NCBI GenBank assembly: GCA_032718475.1
Contig: JAUCBJ010003156.1
Coordinates: 27,489 to 91,488 of the forward strand
DNA: 64,000 nt
From: Nemertoderma westbladi
Taxonomy: Eukaryota; Animalia; Xenacoelomorpha
Direction of reading: 5' to 3'
The notes under the pieces were generated by a model. The model was not told where the DNA came from. It was given only the letters and a program-made list of their open reading frames with translations, and searched no databases. The position numbers and the translations under genes are program-made. Below are positions 27,381 through 39,900 of this stretch, piece by piece (position 1 is the stretch's first letter; every line of letters begins with the position of its first letter).

Positions 27381-28152
27381 ACCCTACTATTATAGTGTAC
27401 CGCCCTACTACTGTAGTGTACCGCCCTACTACTGTAGTGTACCGCCCTACTATTATAGTGTACCGCCCTACTACTGTAGTGTACCGCCCTACTACTGTAG
27501 TGTACCGCCCTACTACTGTACCGAGATACAGTAGTTGGGAATAGGCCTACTGTAGTGTACCTCCCTACTATTATAGTGTACCGCCCTACTACTGTAGTGT
27601 ACCGCCCTACTACTGTAGTGTACCGCCCTACTACTGTAGTGTACCGCCCTACTACTGTAGTGTACCGCCCTACTACTGAAGTGTACCGCCCTACAACTGT
27701 ACCGAGATACAGTAGTTGGGAATAGGCCTACTGTAGTGTACCGCCCTACTACTGTAGTGTACCGCCCTACTACTGTAGTGTACCGCCCTACAACTGTACC
27801 GAGATACAGTAGTTTGAATAGGCCTACTGTAGTGTACCGCCCTACAACTGTACCGATATACATACAGTAGTTGGGAATAGGCCTACTGTAGTGTACCGCC
27901 CTACTATTATAGTGTACCGCCCTACTACTGTAGTGTACCGCCCTACTACTGAAGTGTACCGCCCTACAACTGTACCGAGATACAGTAGTTTGAATAGGCC
28001 TACTGTAGTGTACCGCCCTTCAACTGTACCGAGATACAGTAGTTTGAATAGGCCTACTGTAGTGTACCGCCCTTCAACTGTACCGAGATACAGTAGTTGG
28101 GAATATGCCTACTGTAGTGTACCGCCCTACAACTGTACCGAGATACAGTAGT
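27381..28152. repeat. Composite minisatellite: 21-bp units mixed with longer hairpin-containing units
   Basis: GTACCGCCCTACTACTGTAGT repeats interspersed with ACTGTA-CCGAGA-TACAGT...AATAGGCCTACTGTAGTGT units. Confidence 0.95.
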
Positions 28153-29144
28153 TACCTTCAAAGTTTAAATCTTTCCACGCAAAACTGTCTTTGTGGTCTG
28201 GTTGTTTAATCTGACATGAACGAAGCACACCATAGGCCTAGAGCTAAAATTGTCATTATAAGGGTTGTGATTGCACCATGCACATGTCCGAGGACGAAAT
28301 AATAGTTACAAGTACGAAATATCCGATGTAAATTTGTATAAAATAACAAATAACAGTTCAATAAAGATAGATAGCACTATAATATAATGTTTGGAACAAT
28401 TTTAGTCAATTGGTTAATTTTCGTAAATTTTGGAACAAAGTTAGGAATTATTTATATGTTTCATATCAATGTAATATACAAGTATTTATTTACTGGCGTT
28501 ACTATAATGGTGACTGTAACAAATTATACAAAATCCTTTGCAAGTCTTGCAAACGTAAAGAATGCCTCTTTGGATTTAAACAAACCAACAAATACAATTC
28601 TAATATAACAATAAAAATTTAATATAACAATTTTAATGTTTCAGATAAAATAGTATTTTTGATAAAAACCCTTCCAACTCGAGTAAAACTCAATGTACTC
28701 AGAAATAATAGTTGGAAAAATCGCTGACAATAAGCTTTTCTATATATTTACGCATCGGAGGATTCATGATGCACTGATGTAAAAATATATAGACAATAGA
28801 CAGACCTGTACAATATAACTCTGCCCCAGTGAGTATATTGTCGGTTAGATGAATCAACAGTCACAAATATATGGTAATAAAGAGTTCGAATAAAACTATA
28901 TTGCCGCTTTTATTCTGTGATCATTAAATACTAAATACGACTACAGGCAATACTACAGTACACAATACAGTTCACAATGTAAATTTAGAATCAAATTAGG
29001 TGCCAAGTTTCGAAAATATTTGAAATAATGTGAATATAATCATATAAGTCAACAGTCAGATATATAATAATAAAACCGCCTGGATTTTCTGGATACAACA
29101 TACAGTACTACAATACAGTATACAGTAGGCCTATACTAGCTAGC

Positions 29145-29800
29145 CATTTGGAGCAATACTTCCAATAATGTAATAAAACCACTACGGGTAAGAGTAAATA
29201 AAATTTTGAGAGCAATTACATAGCCAAGCTACCGACAAGCATCCTCCAAACCGTTGTATAAGACTTTAAACAATTCACCCTATCGAGAGTTTATATTAAT
29301 TAGAAGTATCAAAAATCATGCACGATGTCTATCACAACAACCGAATATTTAATCAAGAGGCATTTAAATCATCACTTATTAGGGCTGACACCATTCACTC
29401 TCATAACACAAGACGTGCTGCCGCTGGTGCTTTTTTATCACCTCAAAACGTATCATAGTAAGCCAAAGGTCACTAGAATACCAAAGAACTTTACTTTGGG
29501 ACTCCATACCGACTAACTTAAAAAATGTCAAACATAAAGGTATTATCGTTAAAAATTAAAATCCTTTTTACTTAATTCGATCTAAGCTCACCTGTTGTTT
29601 CACCTAATAAAATTGTATATTTGACATTTTGTTCTTGCATGGTTAATATACTACTAGGATCGACATTGCAGCTGTCAAGGCTTTTACGGGAGGCTGACCT
29701 ACATTCGCCGTTACGAGTCTGTCTGTAACTGTGGTATCAAGTGCCTTGGGTACCTGCCGCACAGCAGGAACACTCACGAAAGTATGTGTATATATATATA
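29145..29800 (+). mobile_element. Decayed 3' fragment of a CR1-group (L2/Crack-like) LINE ORF2 with probable 3' UTR
   Basis: Translation gives IWSNTSNNVIKPLRVRVNKILRAIT*PSYRQASSKPLYKTL, then IHSHNTR and LWDSIP, resembling the W..T...L....N.ILR / H.HNTR / LWN.LP pattern of L2/Crack ORF2 C-termini. Contains stops and frameshifts; (TA)n at ~29789-29802. Confidence 0.6.
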
Positions 29801-30789
29801 TATTATCTAATATAGAAATTACATTAAATTATATTTTCTCAAAAAATATATATAAACCACTCAGTCACTTAAAAATCGCTACTATTTTCTGAAAATTTTC
29901 GGGTTTAACGCAACTCAGTATTGTTCTCAAAAGGTTTTCCTCAATTTTAAAATAATTATGGAAAAATATTATTATTTAATAAAATATTATTTATTATCTA
30001 ATATATATATCTGAACTGAATGTACAACCAATTACTGTAAGTATAAAGCTTTGGCACTTATAAACTGCTTCAAGGGAGTAAAATGACAGTTACGTGTAAA
30101 CCGTTCCGTTATATTGTGTTGTTGGCGAGTAAATGTACGTGTGACTTACATATATTACAGGTAGGACACTATGTTTTACTTAGTGCGTGGTAAGCGCACA
30201 GTTCACTCGTGCTGCATACATAGTGTCAATGGATGTCAGTTGCCAGTTGGGGAATAATATTGCAGTACTATGGACGCACACACTCGCACTAAAATTAACC
30301 GAATCTATTACAGACAGGGCGCAGTCAGCACTAACTGTGTGGAAATCGAGTTGGTTTGATCTCTGGTCTTGTATATTCATCAACAATAGTAAAGCAATAA
30401 TAGTAAACTGTTATAATGCAATAATATTAATGCAAGTTAATAATGTAATACAGCAAGATGTTAAAATGCATGCAGCAAGGTGAAATATCACGAGTCCTGC
30501 AAGTTACATGACTCGTAACAGGCTTAATATGATGTTAGGTTATACCTGGAAATACTGGGATGAACATCGACTATATAAGCAAGCAATACTGCAAAAATAC
30601 AACAGCCAATAGGGCATAAGAATACCTTTACCGGTAGTTACCAATGAGAGTTCAGCACTACCATAACTGCTGCTAGGCAACATATAAACAAGGTTCACGG
30701 TGGTATACACTATGAGTTAGGCATAAATATCATACGCACAGAAATTGAATGATTCTCTGATAAAAATATAAGATTTCGATATACAGTTA

Positions 30790-32270
30790 GCGTGTGCAGC
30801 AAAAGCAGCTGCATTTTTAAGAATGCTGTGCCGGCTTGTCGACAAAATTGTGCCGCCACAACTCCCTATCACCCATGACATTTGCTAGATCATCCGCATC
30901 TTCAAGGCCGGTGACCTTTAAGATGCGTCTCAAGAAAATCATGGGCTGTCCACCATGCTTATTCACCCCATGAGGCTGCCAAAGCACAAGATTATGCACT
31001 GGCTTGTCCTCACGGCGAAAGCAATGTCATGCAAAGCGGAGGCAGCTTTGTTCTAGTGATAATCTCGTGAGAACCAATGAGACACCTCCAATGTTACATA
31101 GTGTCTGGTTGGAGATGTGTGCATTGTACTTGACACAGTGAACCCGGCGTAGAGGAGTACTGAAACTACTGCTGCTCTAAATAATCGGACCTTAAGTTTC
31201 CGATTAATTCTCTGAGACTTCCAAATCCTGGAAAGCCTATTCAAGGCTGCCCTTGCCTTTCCCTTACGTATTCGAAGGTCCTCACCTGACTTCCGGATCC
31301 ATAATACCAGGTAACAGAAGTCGTCCACATGCTCAAGCATACCATCCTTTGAGCTTATGCTCATCCGGTCAGAGACTTGCTGAGGACTTTCAAAGTTAAC
31401 TGTCAAAATTTTGATCTTTTTTGAGATAATAAAAAGACCAACACTAGAAGCAGCCTGTTCTAATGAGCTGAGGAGCCGTTGGGCTCCCTCTTGTGATTCT
31501 GAGAGTACTCCTAAGTCATCAGCAAAGTCTAGATCAGTTAGGTACTTGGCAGGATTTCCTCGACTTCTGGAGCCAGTAGGTGGTGTTACCATCACCCCAT
31601 CATCATTATGATGATCTAAGGACATGCGTAGAACATAGTCAACCACAATTATGAACAAGAATGGCGCAAGGATGTCTCCTTGGAGGACTCCCCATAATAC
31701 TTCAAATGGTTCTGTGTCACCATCAACAGTAGACACAAATGTTGTCGAACCATCGTACACTGATCTGATTGCTGCGATAATCTTTCTTTTTTGATAGCTC
31801 TTCAACTATCCTTCTAAGTGCCAAAATGGGCTCCATGGTCCCACGACCTTTACGGAACCCATTCTGTTTTCCACGGAGCAGTCTCTCAATGGGATCCCTG
31901 ATGCGATTTAATAGAATTCTATTGTATAGCTTTGCAGCAATCGAGATCAATGAGATTCCTCGAAAATAATCATAGAGTGTTAGGTTACCCTTCTTGGGAA
32001 CTGGCACCAACTTATTTGTTTTTATTTCTTGTGGGACTCTTGTTGTTCTGTACATGTCTACTATGATGGGATAGATGAGCTTTAAACACTCAGGTATTCT
32101 AAAGACCTCAAGGGGAACACCATCTACTCCACTGCACGATTGGCCTTAATGCTCTTTGCAGCAGCCTTCACTTCTGCAAAGGAGATATCGCCAATGGGAA
32201 TATCTGGGAGTACAGACTCAGACACTTTTACTTCTATAAAGTTATCAGGCAATACATTGTCATGGTGTGT
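30790..32270 (-). mobile_element. Decayed RTE-like non-LTR retrotransposon (RT domain), same family as 821-1887
   Basis: Frames give GVDGVPLEV, LVPVPKKGNL..YFRGISLISIAAKLYNRILLNRI, QNGFRKGRGT, GVLQGDILAPFLFIIVVDYV, LTDLDFADD and VDDFCYL; ends FVDKPAQHS*. An apparent internal deletion near 31785 removes the FVDF..AFD motif; frameshifts present. Confidence 0.92.
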
Positions 32271-32704
32271 CGTGTTGTTGTCATTTGGTTAATATAAATG
32301 TGGTTAATATATAGGCTACTTAATTTTTCGACCGCACGAGATCAACTTTATCCAAGTCATTATTTTGTAGAATCTCCTTGAAGGAAGCGATTTCAAATGG
32401 AAGCCTCTTCTCCGAGTCATCCTTTAATACAGGCCAATTATATTTAATTCTTCTAAGTTATTTACAATTACTGTTACCTTTAAGTAAAAGCATCCCTACA
32501 TTACCACGGTTGGCCAATGCTTGGCCACGCAGTGGTTCGACCGGAGAAACTGGCGACTTCTCTCTTAGCCATTATGATCCCTTGTTTGTTCGGAGAGCCA
32601 TGCTTTGTTTTTAAGCACATTCAATGCTACACTGTTCTAGCTTGTACGGAAACTTTCTGTTTGAAATGTATAAATTTGTTGTCGGATGCTTGAATGCGGT
32701 GCCC

Positions 32705-33300
32705 TTAACCCTATTTGACCCGAGGGGGGGGGGGGGGTAATTTTAGAAATTTTTTGTAAATCATCTGTATCTTTGAGTCAGGTTTGTTGGGAAAACCGAG
32801 ATTTAGTGACTTTTTCTAAAATTTCTTGAGCTATCCAACAGAGCAAATGCCATCCATTTACATGGCTATGTTAGTGTTCGTGCTGTGGTCCCTTTGTGAC
32901 ACCCATACCAATCGCCAGTATTTTTACTAAAATTCATTTATTTGCGGTAGATAGATGTTTTTTTTGGATGCTCATCACGATTATAGAACACAAATATTAA
33001 ATTCGAGAAAATTTTGGGTAATTTTGAATGTGCCCTCTGAGTCGCGAAAAAGTACCTTGTTGATTAGGGCATTTTTGGATACGTGTCAATACGCGGCACG
33101 GAAAATACAAGTAGCACAAATTTGATAATCAAACATCATTACCAAATCATCCTGATTTTAAGACCTGGGTTTTCTCGGACAATATTAATATACTAATAAA
33201 TCACTAATAAATACTAAATCGGACAATACTAATATCAATATGACACTCAAAAATATCGTATGTCCATCCAAATTCAATTTTTGCCGTTTGAAATTGTTAA
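32705..33300. mobile_element. Possible truncated non-autonomous DNA element (TTAA|CCCT terminus, piggyBac-like)
   Basis: TTAACCCTATTTGACCCGA followed by a G-run at 32705-32737 resembles an invertebrate MITE terminus. No matching right end was found and the right boundary is a guess. Confidence 0.25.
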
Positions 33301-33776
33301 TGCTACTTAATGAAAAAATAAATGAAACACTCTTTACTACTCAAATAGTGACTGAACTCGTTGATTATTTAAGACTTTAACTGGATCGGCCCCGTAGAAC
33401 GGCTGAGATGCTCTCCGATTGTGGGTGGCGGACAGGCGATCGTTCTGGATATGCCTTAACACTATTTTAAACTTTAAATGTAAATATTTGTATTATTTGT
33501 ACGGCTCGATATATAGTGGGTTTTGTTTTGCTCCGCTTTTGAGTGTTTTTTAAGGTGACGATATCTAATCTCAATGTTTACCGAGTACAGGTGGAGGTAA
33601 AAGAACCCAACTCCCAAGGTTTAACTCTTTATGTAATAAATATAGTAAATCATAATACCGTAAGTATAATAAATATGCTATTGCAAGAATATAAGTAGCG
33701 ATACTTGGAACATTTTGATGAAGTGGTTCACTATTATTATTTCATATAACCTCCGGAATACGGAATAGTATTATGT

Positions 33777-33957
33777 TCATTTGAAACGGATTGTTATGAC
33801 TTGAGGAGGCACTACAGCAGTGTCGGCCATATTTCGTCTGGTTTCGCAATCTGGAACGATGGACCAATCAAACCGCGTATATTCCCGTGTGGAACGTTTG
33901 TTGGCGTTCTGAGCTGTCAAAGTTTTCAAACTCAGAGATTTTGATTCACTAACTTCC
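33777..33957 (-). CDS. LRRC72: LRRC72-like final coding exon
   Basis: tatcag|GGAAG...TTCAAATGA; 181 nt; ...NKRSTREYTRFDWSIVPDCETRRNMADTAVVPPQVITIRFK*. Confidence 0.88.
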
Positions 33958-36900
33958 CTGATAAAGAATCAAGTAAAATGATATATGTGATTAAAAAAAA
34001 GAGTAATTAAAGTATATTAGTATATAACAGTGGGCTTACAGTCTTCCCGTGTGACACGGTTCTTCCGTGTGACACGGTTCTTCCGTGTGACACGGTTCTT
34101 CCGTGTGCACGGTTCTTCCGTGTGACAAGGTTCTTCAGTGTGCACGGTTCTTCCGTGTGACACGGTTCTTCCGTGTGACACGGTTCTTCCGTGTGCACGG
34201 TATTCCGTGTGCACGGTTCTTCCGTGTGACAAGGTTCTTCCGTGTGCACGGTTCTTCCGTGTGCACGGTTCTTCCGTGTGACAAGGGTCTTCGGTGTGCA
34301 CGGTTCTTCCGTGAGACTCGGTTCTTCCGTGTGACACGGTTCTTCCATGTGACACGGTTCGTCCGTGTGACACGGTTCTTCCGTGTGACACGGTTATTCC
34401 GTGTGACACGGTTCTTCCGTGTGACACGGTTCTTCCGTGTGCACGGTTCTTCCGTGTGACAAGGTTCTTCCGTGTGCACGGTTCTTCCGTGTGACAAGGT
34501 TCTTCCGTGTGCACGGTTCTTCCGTGTGACACGGTTCTTCCGTGTGACACGGTTCTTCCGTGTGACACGGTTCTTCCGTGTGACACGGTTCTTCCGTGTG
34601 ACACGGTTCTTCTGTGTGACACGGTTCTTCCGTGTGACACGGTTCTTCCGTGTGACACGGTTCTTCCGTGTGCCACGGTTCTTCCGTGTGCACGGTTCTT
34701 CCGTGTGACACGGTTCTTCCGTGTGCACGGTTCTTCCGTGTGACAAGGTTCTTCCGTGTGCACGGTTCTTCCGTGTGACACGGTTCTTCGTGTGCACGGT
34801 TCTTCTGTGTGTACGGTTCTTCCGTATGCACGGTTCTTCTGTGTGACAAGGTTCTTCCGTGTGACAAGGTTCTCCCGTGTGCTCGGTTCTTCCGTGTGAC
34901 ACGGTTCTTCCGTGTGACAAGGTGCTTCCGTGTGCACGGTTCTTCCGTGTGACAAGGTTCTTCCGTGTAACACGGTTCTTCCATGTGACACGGTTCTTCC
35001 GTGTGACACGGTTCTTCCATGTGACACGGTTCTTCCGTGTGACACGGTTCTTCCGTGTGCACGGTTCTTCCGTGTGACAAGGTTCTTCCGTGTGCACGGT
35101 TCTTCCGTGTGACAAGGTTCTTCCGTGTGCACGGTTCTTCCGTGTGACACGGTTCTTTCGTGTGCACGGTTCTTCCGTGTGACACGGTTCTTCCGTGTGA
35201 CACGGTTCTTCCGTGTGACACGGTTCTTCCGTGTGACACGGTTCTTCCGTATGACACGGTTCTTCCGTGTGACAATGTTCTTCCGTGTGACATGGTTCTT
35301 CCATGTGCTCGGTTCTTCCGTGTGACACGGTTCTTCCGTGTGACAAGGTTCTTCCGTGTGTTCGGTTCTTCCGTGTGACACGGTTCTTCCGTGTGCACGG
35401 TTCTTCGGTGTGACAAGGTTTTTCCGTGTGACAAGGTTCTCCCGTATGCTCGGTTCTTCCGTGTGACACGGTTCTTCCGTGTGAAGGTTCTTCCGTGTGC
35501 TCGGTTCTTCCGTGTGACACGGTGCTTCCGTGTGCACGGTTCTTCCGTGTGACAAGGTTCTTCCATGTGACACGGTTCTTCCATGTGACACGGTTCTTCC
35601 GTGTGACACGGTTCTTCCGTGTGCACGGTTCTTCCGTGTGACAAGGTTCTTCCGTGTGCACGGTACTTCCGTGTGACAAGGCTCTTCCGTGTGTACGGTT
35701 CTTCCGTGTGACACGGTTCTTCCGTGTGACACGGTTCTTTCGTGTGCACGGTTCTTCCGTGTGACACGGTTCTTCCGTGTGACACGGTTCTTCCGTGTGA
35801 CACGGTTCTTCCGTATGACACGGTTCTTCCGTGTGACAATGTTCTTCCGTGTGACAAGGTTCTTCCATGTGCTCGGTTCTTCCGTGTGACACGGTTCTTC
35901 CGTGTGACAAGGTTCTTCCGTGTGACACGGTTCTTCCGTGTGACACGGTTCTTCCGTGTGATACGGTTCTTCCGTGTGACACGGTTCTTCCGTATGACAC
36001 GGTTCTTCCGTGTGACAATGTTCTTCCGTGTGACAAGGTTCTTCCATGTGCTCGGTTCTTCCGTGTGACACGGTTCTTCCGTGTGACAAGGTTCTTCCGT
36101 GTGTTCGGTTCTTCCGTGTGACACGGTTCTTCCGTGTGACAAGGTTCTTCCGTGTGCACGGTTCTTCCGTGTGACAAGGTTCTTCCGTGTGACACGGTTC
36201 TTCCGTGTGACACGGTTCTTCCGTGTGACACGGTTCTTCCGTGTGACACGGTTCTTCCGTGTGACACGGTTCTTCCGTGTGACACGGTTCTTCCGTGTGA
36301 CACGGTTCTTCCGTGTGACAAGGTTCTTCCGTGTGCACGGTTCTTCCGTGTGACAAGGTTCTTCCGTGCGCTCGGTTCTTCCGTGTGACACGTTTCTTCC
36401 GTGTGACACGTTTCTTCCGTGTGACACGTTTCTTCCGTGTGACACGGTTCTTCCGTGTGACACGGTTCTTCCGTGTTACACGGTTCCTCCGTATGACACG
36501 GATCATTAACATGTTAAAAATTGGTATGTGAAGATGACACTAAGTAATGCCGATGTGGACCTAACTAAATATAAGGGTTCGCAAAATGTGAGCCGAAGCC
36601 CCAAAACGTTATACAGACAGATTGAGTGCAGTTCATTAGGGCGGGGGGGGGGGGTTCCTTCGTTTACGGACCTGATTATTCTAAGGGCCTACTTATAATG
36701 CATTCCTACGACTCACCGTTTTTGTTTGAATTGGAAACCAGGCGGGTTTGGACATGTCTGGGGCGGCGACTCAACAACTCGATTTCCGAACCCGATTGTC
36801 CGCTGTAGATTGGCCGTGTGCTCGTCGAATAAAGTCATAGCCTCTTTCCTTTCATGTAATTGAATTTCTGTAGATTTATTTATTAGAGATTTATTTATTA

Positions 36901-39900
36901 TAGAGACTTGTTACACAACTAATTATATTGTTACACTTGCGTTACACAATTAGCTCATACAAATACATGGTTAAGGGCGTCGCTACTTTGTTGTACGAAT
37001 TTTTACGCGCACTTATAAACGCATTTGATATCAATTCCGGGTCAGAGAAAACCCACGAATCGATGAGTTTTTACCGCCAATTTACCAACCTAGTCTATCC
37101 AATATGTCAACTTGAGGTAAATAATAAACAACATATGGTCTATATTCTCGTTCCTTAGCAACTGGATTACCCAAGAAATCTAAAAAAAATGTAAACAATA
37201 ACAATTCTATAAATTTTAGTCCCTTTATTATATTGTGACAATGCAGTTGAAATATTTTCAGAACCGTTTAGAGATATTAATTCGTTTAAAACATAATGTG
37301 TTTCTAGAACTTAATATAAAAATATTATGTTGAACGACAATAAACCAGAGAGGGGGGGGGGGGGGGGGGGGGCATCCTCTGGGGATCGGATTGAAAGTCC
37401 GTCAACAATATTTATTTACTATATAATTTATTATTGGTATAAGTTAAAGACGGCTAAGTACAAATAGTGTTGCGTATAGTGGCTTCATATGATTGGTTTA
37501 GACAGTTGGGGGGCCAAGATGATGTAAATTGCGGAAATACAAGATATCCACTAGTATTTTCTTTCAAGTCTACATTTTATCTGAGTCGCCAGACTTCCAT
37601 CTGGAAGTCACCAGTTCGATCCCACCTGGACGTCATTACAGAATTTGAATGACCAACGAAAATTATAATAATAGTTTATAACTTACTTAGAATTCTGAGA
37701 TCAAGTAAATGTTTGAGTTCTGCGACGGTTTCATCTAGTCGTTGTATTTGGTTGTTATGGAGTAAAAGTTTCCGTAAACACGTGAGGTAATGCAACGATC
37801 CTTTTATTGTTACTAGTTCATTTCCTTGTAAATATAATTCTGTTATTCTACAATTATCCTGCAACACAAACAAAATGTGAACTTATTATGTTCCGATCGA
37901 ACCTCGGAAGAGAATCTGTTTAAACTGATAATTTAGCGTTTGCAAACTTTCATTGCTTGATTAATCACTGTATCATCCAAATGAAAAAAACACCATGTAA
38001 TGTTTTAAATATAATAGGCAGAACCTGTTATTGTTTTGCCGCTAATAAGACAGTACCTGCAATGTTTTGCTGCAAATAAAACAGTACCTGTAATGTTTTG
38101 CCTTAAATAAGACAGTACATGTAATGTTTTTCTACAAATAAGGCAGAACCTGTAATGTTTAGCTGGAAATTAGACAGTACCTGTAATGTTTTGGTGCAAA
38201 TACAACAGTATCTGTAATTAGACAACTATTTATTTATTTTCAAAATATTTTTTCAAAATTTAATTAAATTTCTTCAAAATTCACTATGCAGTGCAATTAT
38301 TTATAACGTGATTTCATTTTTTTCTATAACTACAGTAACACCGGTAGCCTACCTACATTACATAAGCAGACTGTCTGATGTGTAGTATCTGTAATGTTTT
38401 GCCGCTAATAAGACAGAACCTGTAATGTTTAGCTGCAAATTAGGCAGTACCTGTAATGTTTAGCTTCAAATAAGACATTGCAATGTATTGCCGCTAATAA
38501 AACAGTACCTTGAATGTTTTGCCGTTAATAAGACAGTACCTGAACTGTTTTGCCGCTAATAAGACAGTACCTGGAATGTTTTGCTGCAAATAAGACAGTA
38601 CCTGTAATGTTTTGCTGCAAATAAGACAGTACCTGTAATGTTTTGGTGGAAATTCGACATTACCTGTAAACTTGATCCTAAATTCCTGAGGAGATTGTCG
38701 TTCAGCCACAGTCGTTGTAAGTTTTTGAATCGAGACAACCCCGATACGATACCTAGACGTAGTCTACCGAGATATAACTCAGATACATTCTTATCCACCG
38801 ATATATTCTGCTTGCTTAACTGTCTCTTGATTGCCTGAAATTTTAAATCGAATGTTTAAAACAACCGGTTTTCAGTGCTTCTCTATTTCCTGCAGATGCA
38901 AAAAGTATGAACATTGTATCTGAGCCTAAATATATGTATTTTCTATTCACCGTTTGTTTGTAATGAAATGCGATAATGTCTGACCAACATTGTTGGTCAT
39001 CTGCTTTTGCCACCGTTCATTATGATTTGATCCTTTCGAGGCGCCATAATGGGACGGCACAAATATACGGAGTGTTTCTCTTTTAAATCGCTGTGAATAT
39101 GCATTACTGCCAGGCAGATGTTACATTGGTCCATGCATAGGAAACAACAAAGAATCTGACGGACTCAGCTGGCATCATAGAGGATTTTGTCTAATTACCA
39201 TTACAAAATCCCACTTTAACGGTTACACCATTGGCCAGGAGACCAGCCATTGGATCCCTACTTCATCAGGAGACCACACATTGGTTCCCTACTCTGACAA
39301 CTAAATGAATAATAAAGCGGATCAGGTAAACATTTGAACCTAATCATGATGAGACTTAGTCATCTAACCCACATTTTGTGGGGCATTTCTTGTGAAATTG
39401 AATATCATTCACATGAGAAAATCACAGTTACACGTGATGTAAAGTAAAATCATTGAAAGCATTTGGCTAAAAGTCGAATTTAAATGACCAATTCCATTAT
39501 TTGGAATGTTGGAAGTGTTAAATGCCCCATGGCGCCAACCAAAGGGTTCGCCAGAAAGGCTTTTTGAGTGGTAACAATTTGCATTTTTCAATAATTTTAT
39601 ATACACGTACTTTAACATGTTATAATTTCAAATCCAATTTGGAATTATTTTTGATAATAATTTTGATTTAAAGGTACGCCTGGTACGCAGCAAACTTCCG
39701 ACTCTCCGATCTTCACCCAGAGCAATCTTCGTCCGATAAATAATAACAACTTAATTACAAGTCTGGCTTATTATGAAACTGCTGTTCTATTACTTCCGTC
39801 TATAGTTTTGGTTCGAATTACATGCCACTGTAACCTGGTCATTACTTTTATATGGCATACTTTGGTATTTTAAAAATTGGACACAACCGTCTAACACAGG

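Noticed and set aside
27513-28151. VVYRPTT / SSRAVHY repeat ORFs
   Set aside because: Translations of the 21-bp composite minisatellite.
28954-29119. Approximate 18-bp direct repeat around a 129-bp segment (another possible TSD insert)
   Set aside because: The repeat is imperfect and built from TACAGTA words that are abundant throughout the window, so chance is likely.
32340-32640. Coding-looking stretch next to the LINE
   Set aside because: Stops interrupt the - strand frames and the 78-aa + strand ORF has no recognisable family; LRRC72 already terminates at 33777.
34017-36512. 689-831-aa HTEEPC/RVTRKN/SHGRTV ORFs and many + strand ORFs
   Set aside because: All frames are open simply because the 18/17-bp unit lacks stops; the region is an intron of LRRC72.
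37580-37636. Functional tRNA-Gly gene
   Set aside because: No D-arm or acceptor stem, the anticodon loop is 6 nt and the T-stem is broken; at most a SINE relic.
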